NCBI GenBank assembly: GCA_031370005.1
Contig: JANMPT010000051.1
Location: forward strand, 1 to 32,922
Direction: 5' to 3'
Length of the DNA: 32,922 nt
Source of the DNA: Bdellovibrionales bacterium
GTDB taxonomy: Bacteria > Bdellovibrionota > Bdellovibrionia > Bdellovibrionales > Bdellovibrionaceae
Part shown: positions 29,541 to 32,922 of the stretch, one piece after another
How positions within the stretch are numbered: position 1 is the stretch's first letter
Layout of the letters: every line of letters starts with the position of its first letter
Translations under genes and position numbers: made by a program
The notes under the pieces: generated by a model
What the model was told of the DNA's origin: nothing
The model's database searches: none
Seen by the model: only the letters and a program-made list of their open reading frames with translations

Positions 29541-31214
29541 ATGTCTCAAGATATCATCTATACAATGAAGGGGGTTTCTAAAGTTTACCCTCCCAATCGT
29601 TTCGTACTGAAAAATATTTATCTCTCTTATTTCTATGGCGCAAAAATTGGCGTTCTAGGACTCAATGGCTCTGGAAAGTCTTCCTTGCTAAAAATCATGG
29701 CGGGGACAGACAAAGACTTTCTCGGTGAAGCTTTTCCCGCAAAGCAAATGAGGGTGGGCTATCTGGAGCAAGAACCTCATCTTGATCCGAAACTCACGGT
29801 AAAAGAAAATATTTTCTCAGGAATGGGTGAGTTGCCAAGCCTTATGAAGCAGTTCAATGAGATCAGCGAAAAATTTAATGATCCAGATCTTGATCCCGAT
29901 GAGATGAATAGACTAATAGAGAAGCAAGGGGTGATTCAGGAGAAGCTTGAGGCCCTCGGCGGCTGGGAGGTCGATCAAAAGATCGAAGTCGCCATGGATG
30001 CACTTCGTTGCCCAGATGGTGATCTGCCAATAGCTCAGCTTTCAGGTGGCGAAAAGCGTCGCGTGGCCCTTTGTCGTCTTTTGATGAGCGATCCAGATAT
30101 TTTACTTCTGGATGAGCCAACGAATCATTTGGATGCAGAGTCTGTAGCTTGGCTTGAGCAATACCTTGCAAAATTTCCAGGTACGGTCATTGCGGTCACC
30201 CATGATCGTTATTTTTTGGATAATGTTGCAGGATGGATTCTAGAGCTTGATCGCGGGGAGGGCATTCCTTGGAAAGGGAATTATACTTCTTGGCTTGAGC
30301 AAAAAGACAATCGCATGGCTCAGGAACAAAAAGACAATGCCCGCAGAAATAAGACTCTTCAAAAAGAACTTGAGTGGATTCGACAGGGTGCCAAAGCTCG
30401 TCAGTCTAAGGCGAAGTCTCGTATTTCCGCTTACGAAAATCTCTTGAAGGAGCCAACAGCGGAGAAGCTCCAGGAGATGTCTATTTATATCCCACCGGGA
30501 CCTCGTTTGGGCGACATTGTAGTGGAGGCAAAGAATATCACTAAGGCTTACGGTGGAAAATTGCTCTTCGACGATGTCAGCTTCACAATCCCCCGGGGGG
30601 CCATTGTGGGTGTGATTGGGCCGAACGGGGTGGGTAAGACGACGCTATTTCGTATGATAACGGGCCAAGAAAAAACGGATAGCGGTAGCTTCAAAGTTGG
30701 TGAGACCGTAAAAATGGCCTATGTGGATCAAAACCGAGAGACCCTGAACGGCGAAAAAACCGTCTGGGAAGAGCTTTCAGGGGGCAGTGAGGTGATTCAG
30801 CTCGGCCAGAGGGAGATGTCTTCAAGGGCCTATGTTTCATGGTTCAACTTCTCAGGATCAGATCAGCAAAAGAAGGTCGGGCAACTTTCGGGTGGGGAAA
30901 GAAACCGTGTGAATATGGCTAAGATCCTCCAGCAAGGTGCCAACCTGCTCTTGCTGGATGAGCCAACCAATGATCTGGATGTAAATACCATGCGCGCCCT
31001 TGAGGAAGCGATCTTAGAATTTGGTGGCTCCGCCATTGTGATTTCCCATGACCGTTGGTTCTTAGATCGGATTTGTACTCATATTATGGCTTTTGAGGGG
31101 GACTCAAAGGTGGACTTCTTCAATGGGAATTTTTCAGAATACGAAGAAGATCGTAAAAAACGTCTAGGGGCTGATGCTGCTCCAAAGCGCGTACGTTTTA
31201 GATCAATCAACTAA
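29541..31214 (+). CDS. ettA: ABC-F translational throttle EttA
   Basis: GAKIGVLGLNGSGKS, ELEWIRQGAKARQSKAKSR, IPPGPRLG, two ABC domains, 557 aa. Confidence 0.95.
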   Translation: MSQDIIYTMKGVSKVYPPNRFVLKNIYLSYFYGAKIGVLGLNGSGKSSLLKIMAGTDKDFLGEAFPAKQMRVGYLEQEPHLDPKLTVKENIFSGMGELPSLMKQFNEISEKFNDPDLDPDEMNRLIEKQGVIQEKLEALGGWEVDQKIEVAMDALRCPDGDLPIAQLSGGEKRRVALCRLLMSDPDILLLDEPTNHLDAESVAWLEQYLAKFPGTVIAVTHDRYFLDNVAGWILELDRGEGIPWKGNYTSWLEQKDNRMAQEQKDNARRNKTLQKELEWIRQGAKARQSKAKSRISAYENLLKEPTAEKLQEMSIYIPPGPRLGDIVVEAKNITKAYGGKLLFDDVSFTIPRGAIVGVIGPNGVGKTTLFRMITGQEKTDSGSFKVGETVKMAYVDQNRETLNGEKTVWEELSGGSEVIQLGQREMSSRAYVSWFNFSGSDQQKKVGQLSGGERNRVNMAKILQQGANLLLLDEPTNDLDVNTMRALEEAILEFGGSAIVISHDRWFLDRICTHIMAFEGDSKVDFFNGNFSEYEEDRKKRLGADAAPKRVRFRSIN

Positions 31215-31615
31215 AACAGTACGTTTAATGTTTCATAGTTATTTTTGAGTTCAATAAAGGCGCTAACCGCGCCTTTATTCATATCGGGATGAAGCCTTAG
31301 GGCAAGGGTTCTGAAAGCTTTCTTAAGCTCGCCTCGTGTAAATGCAGGGCTAAGAGCAATGCCATGATGAGTGAAAAAATCCATAGCCAACTGTTGCTCC
31401 TCAGTTAAAGAGTGTGGAGGAGCTGAGGGCTTTGGTCTTGAGGGATAAGTCCGATTCGGGCGGAAGTGGCTTTGTCCAATATGGCCCATTAGATAGGCGA
31501 GGTGGGCGGGATCTTGATTGAAGTATTGTTGAGTGGGGTTTTGCAGTTTCTGAGACGGACTTTGATTTTTAATTTTATCCTCGAGAATTTGCTGGAAACT
31601 TGCCTCTGTTCTCAT
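31211..31615 (-). CDS. Small protein with C-terminal J domain
   Basis: ELKKAFRTLALRLHPDMN..AFIELKNNYETL. Confidence 0.85.
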   Translation of the reverse strand: MRTEASFQQILEDKIKNQSPSQKLQNPTQQYFNQDPAHLAYLMGHIGQSHFRPNRTYPSRPKPSAPPHSLTEEQQLAMDFFTHHGIALSPAFTRGELKKAFRTLALRLHPDMNKGAVSAFIELKNNYETLNVLF

Positions 31616-31621
31616 ACAAAT

Positions 31622-31650
31622 CTTTTCGGTTAATAAGCTAAAACACTCGA
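31622..31650 (-). promoter_or_regulatory. Candidate sigma-28 (FliA) promoter
   Basis: Minus strand TCGAG-N16-CCGAAAAG just upstream of ATG 31615. Confidence 0.5.
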
Positions 31651-31866
31651 GTCCAGCCTTTTTCAGAGGCCAATTACAGGGCTTACAGGGTGCAATTAAG
31701 TGCGCTAGCTCCTACTTATTACGATTTCCAGAAGGAAAAACCGCTATTTTTATAGGTAAAAAGGCCCTTTGAGTGTGTTTTCTCCATGGAAAATTGCTAA
31801 TTTCCCTCTGAGAAACGTCTTTTCAGAGTAAAAAAGAAAAAAACTTTAAGCATGCTGCATTTTTTT

Positions 31867-31895
31867 TTGGACAAACACCAGGAGTTGGTTACACT
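31867..31895 (+). promoter_or_regulatory. Candidate sigma-70 promoter for SWIB gene
   Basis: TTGGAC-N17-TACACT preceded by T/A tracts (possible UP element). Confidence 0.45.
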
Positions 31896-31946
31896 GAGGT
31901 CATTCGAGTTAGTAATAAAGCAAACCATTAATGGAGGAATACAAAA

Positions 31947-32321
31947 ATGGCAAAAGCAAAAAAGGCGACTAAAAAAGCCGCACCGAAGAAAGCAGCAACG
32001 AAGAAAGCGACTACTAAAAAAGCCGCTCCTAAAAAGACAGCTGCTCCTAAAATGAAAAAAGCTGCTAGCAAAAGAAAGCCTAATCTAGCTTTTATGAGAC
32101 CTCTTACGCCTAGCACTACTTTGGCTGCTGTTGTTGGAGCTTCTCCACTTCCACGCACTGAAGTTGTTAAAAAGCTTTGGGCATACATCAAGAAGAATGG
32201 TCTTCAAGATGCTAAAAACAGAAGAAACATCAATGCTGATGACAAGTTGAAGCCGATTTTTGGCAAAAACACTGTTTCTATGTTTGAAATGACTAAACTT
32301 GTTTCTAAGCATTTGAAATAG
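31947..32321 (+). CDS. SWIB/MDM2-domain protein with Lys/Ala-rich H1-like N-terminal tail
   Basis: KKAAPKKAATKK repeats, then AFMRPL..PRTEVVKKLWAYIKKNGLQD..INADDKL..VSMFEMTKLVSKHL. Confidence 0.92.
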   Translation: MAKAKKATKKAAPKKAATKKATTKKAAPKKTAAPKMKKAASKRKPNLAFMRPLTPSTTLAAVVGASPLPRTEVVKKLWAYIKKNGLQDAKNRRNINADDKLKPIFGKNTVSMFEMTKLVSKHLK

Positions 32322-32344
32322 TTTTTAGAACCAGTGCATTCTTA

Positions 32345-32387
32345 AAATATAAAAAGCCTAGGCTCAACCCCTAGGCTTTTTATATTT
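32345..32387 (+). terminator. Intrinsic terminator
   Basis: AAATATAAAAAGCCTAGG-ctcaacc-CCTAGGCTTTTTATATTT perfect 18-bp IR. Confidence 0.85.
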
Positions 32388-32407
32388 GTCATGCTATAAA
32401 ATATCAC

Positions 32408-32922
32408 ATGGGGATTACGCCGCTATCTTTTGAAGAAATCAAAAAAATGAAATTAGCCTGCCGGATTGCTGCAGATACGCTGACTTATCTCGATAAGTAC
32501 ATCAAAATTGGTATGACTACTAACGAAGTCGATGAAATCACCAACGATTATATGCTCACTCGTGGAGCGAAATCAGCATGTTTGGGCTATGGTGGTTATC
32601 CGAAGTACTCTTGCACCTCAGTGAATCAGGTGATTTGCCACGGAGTGCCTGATGAAAGACCCCTGAAAGATGGGGATATTGTGAATGTGGATGTGACGGC
32701 CTTTATCGATGGTTTTTTTGGCGACACATCAAAGACTTATATTTTAGGGAATGTGACAGAAGAGGTTCGTGATCTGGTGGAGACAGCTCGACAGGCTCGG
32801 GATATCGGTATTGAGGCTATTCGTCCGATGGGGTATACGGGGGACATTGGCTTTGAGACCCATAAGTTTATCACGCGCAAGGGGTATAGCGCTGTCAAAG
32901 AAATTGGCGGCCATGGTATTGG
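32408..32922 (+). CDS. map: Type I methionine aminopeptidase (truncated by window end)
   Basis: Not in ORF track. Translates MGITPLSFEEIKKMKLAC..CTSVNQVICHGVP..GDIVNVDVT..FFGDTSKT..IGGHGI. Confidence 0.95.
   Translation, partial: MGITPLSFEEIKKMKLACRIAADTLTYLDKYIKIGMTTNEVDEITNDYMLTRGAKSACLGYGGYPKYSCTSVNQVICHGVPDERPLKDGDIVNVDVTAFIDGFFGDTSKTYILGNVTEEVRDLVETARQARDIGIEAIRPMGYTGDIGFETHKFITRKGYSAVKEIGGHGI

Noticed and set aside
31655..31860. Riboswitch or sRNA in the intergenic region before the SWIB gene
   Set aside because: Only one weak hairpin (about 31805-31827); no recognisable aptamer core
1..32922. CRISPR array, rRNA, tRNA, prophage or defence island
   Set aside because: No repeat-spacer periodicity, RNA gene signatures or hallmark genes seen

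Overview
Mostly core chromosome of a Bdellovibrio-like predatory bacterium (Bdellovibrionota). This is inferred from gene content and the order slt-htpX-clpA-clpS / pilA-TPR-dnaJ-dnaK. The left ~6 kb is accessory. It holds the 3' end of an IS1-like transposase, a two-gene operon encoding a PKD/thrombospondin-repeat lipoprotein with a C-terminal Hint domain plus a membrane-anchored partner, a small secreted protein, and a secreted, divergent patatin-like protein. The operon and the patatin gene both have candidate sigma-54 promoters. The rest carries slt, htpX, clpA, clpS, a type IV pilin and TPR partner, a REP-doublet-like palindrome, dnaJ, dnaK, acs, an XRE regulator with tandem operators, two Dus paralogues, grxC, an EVE protein, an SDR and fumC. 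Further on are a GNAT-like protein, a Zn-ribbon/Tudor-like protein, a Rep/UvrD helicase, an orphan ParA with a small partner, bolA, ettA, a small J-domain protein, an H1-like-tailed SWIB protein and the start of map. The best leads are the Hedgehog-like Hint lipoprotein operon, the stand-alone UvrD-CTD-like protein coupled to a helicase lacking that domain, the AGG patatin and the ParA-partner pair. All calls come from motif recognition by eye; no searches were run.
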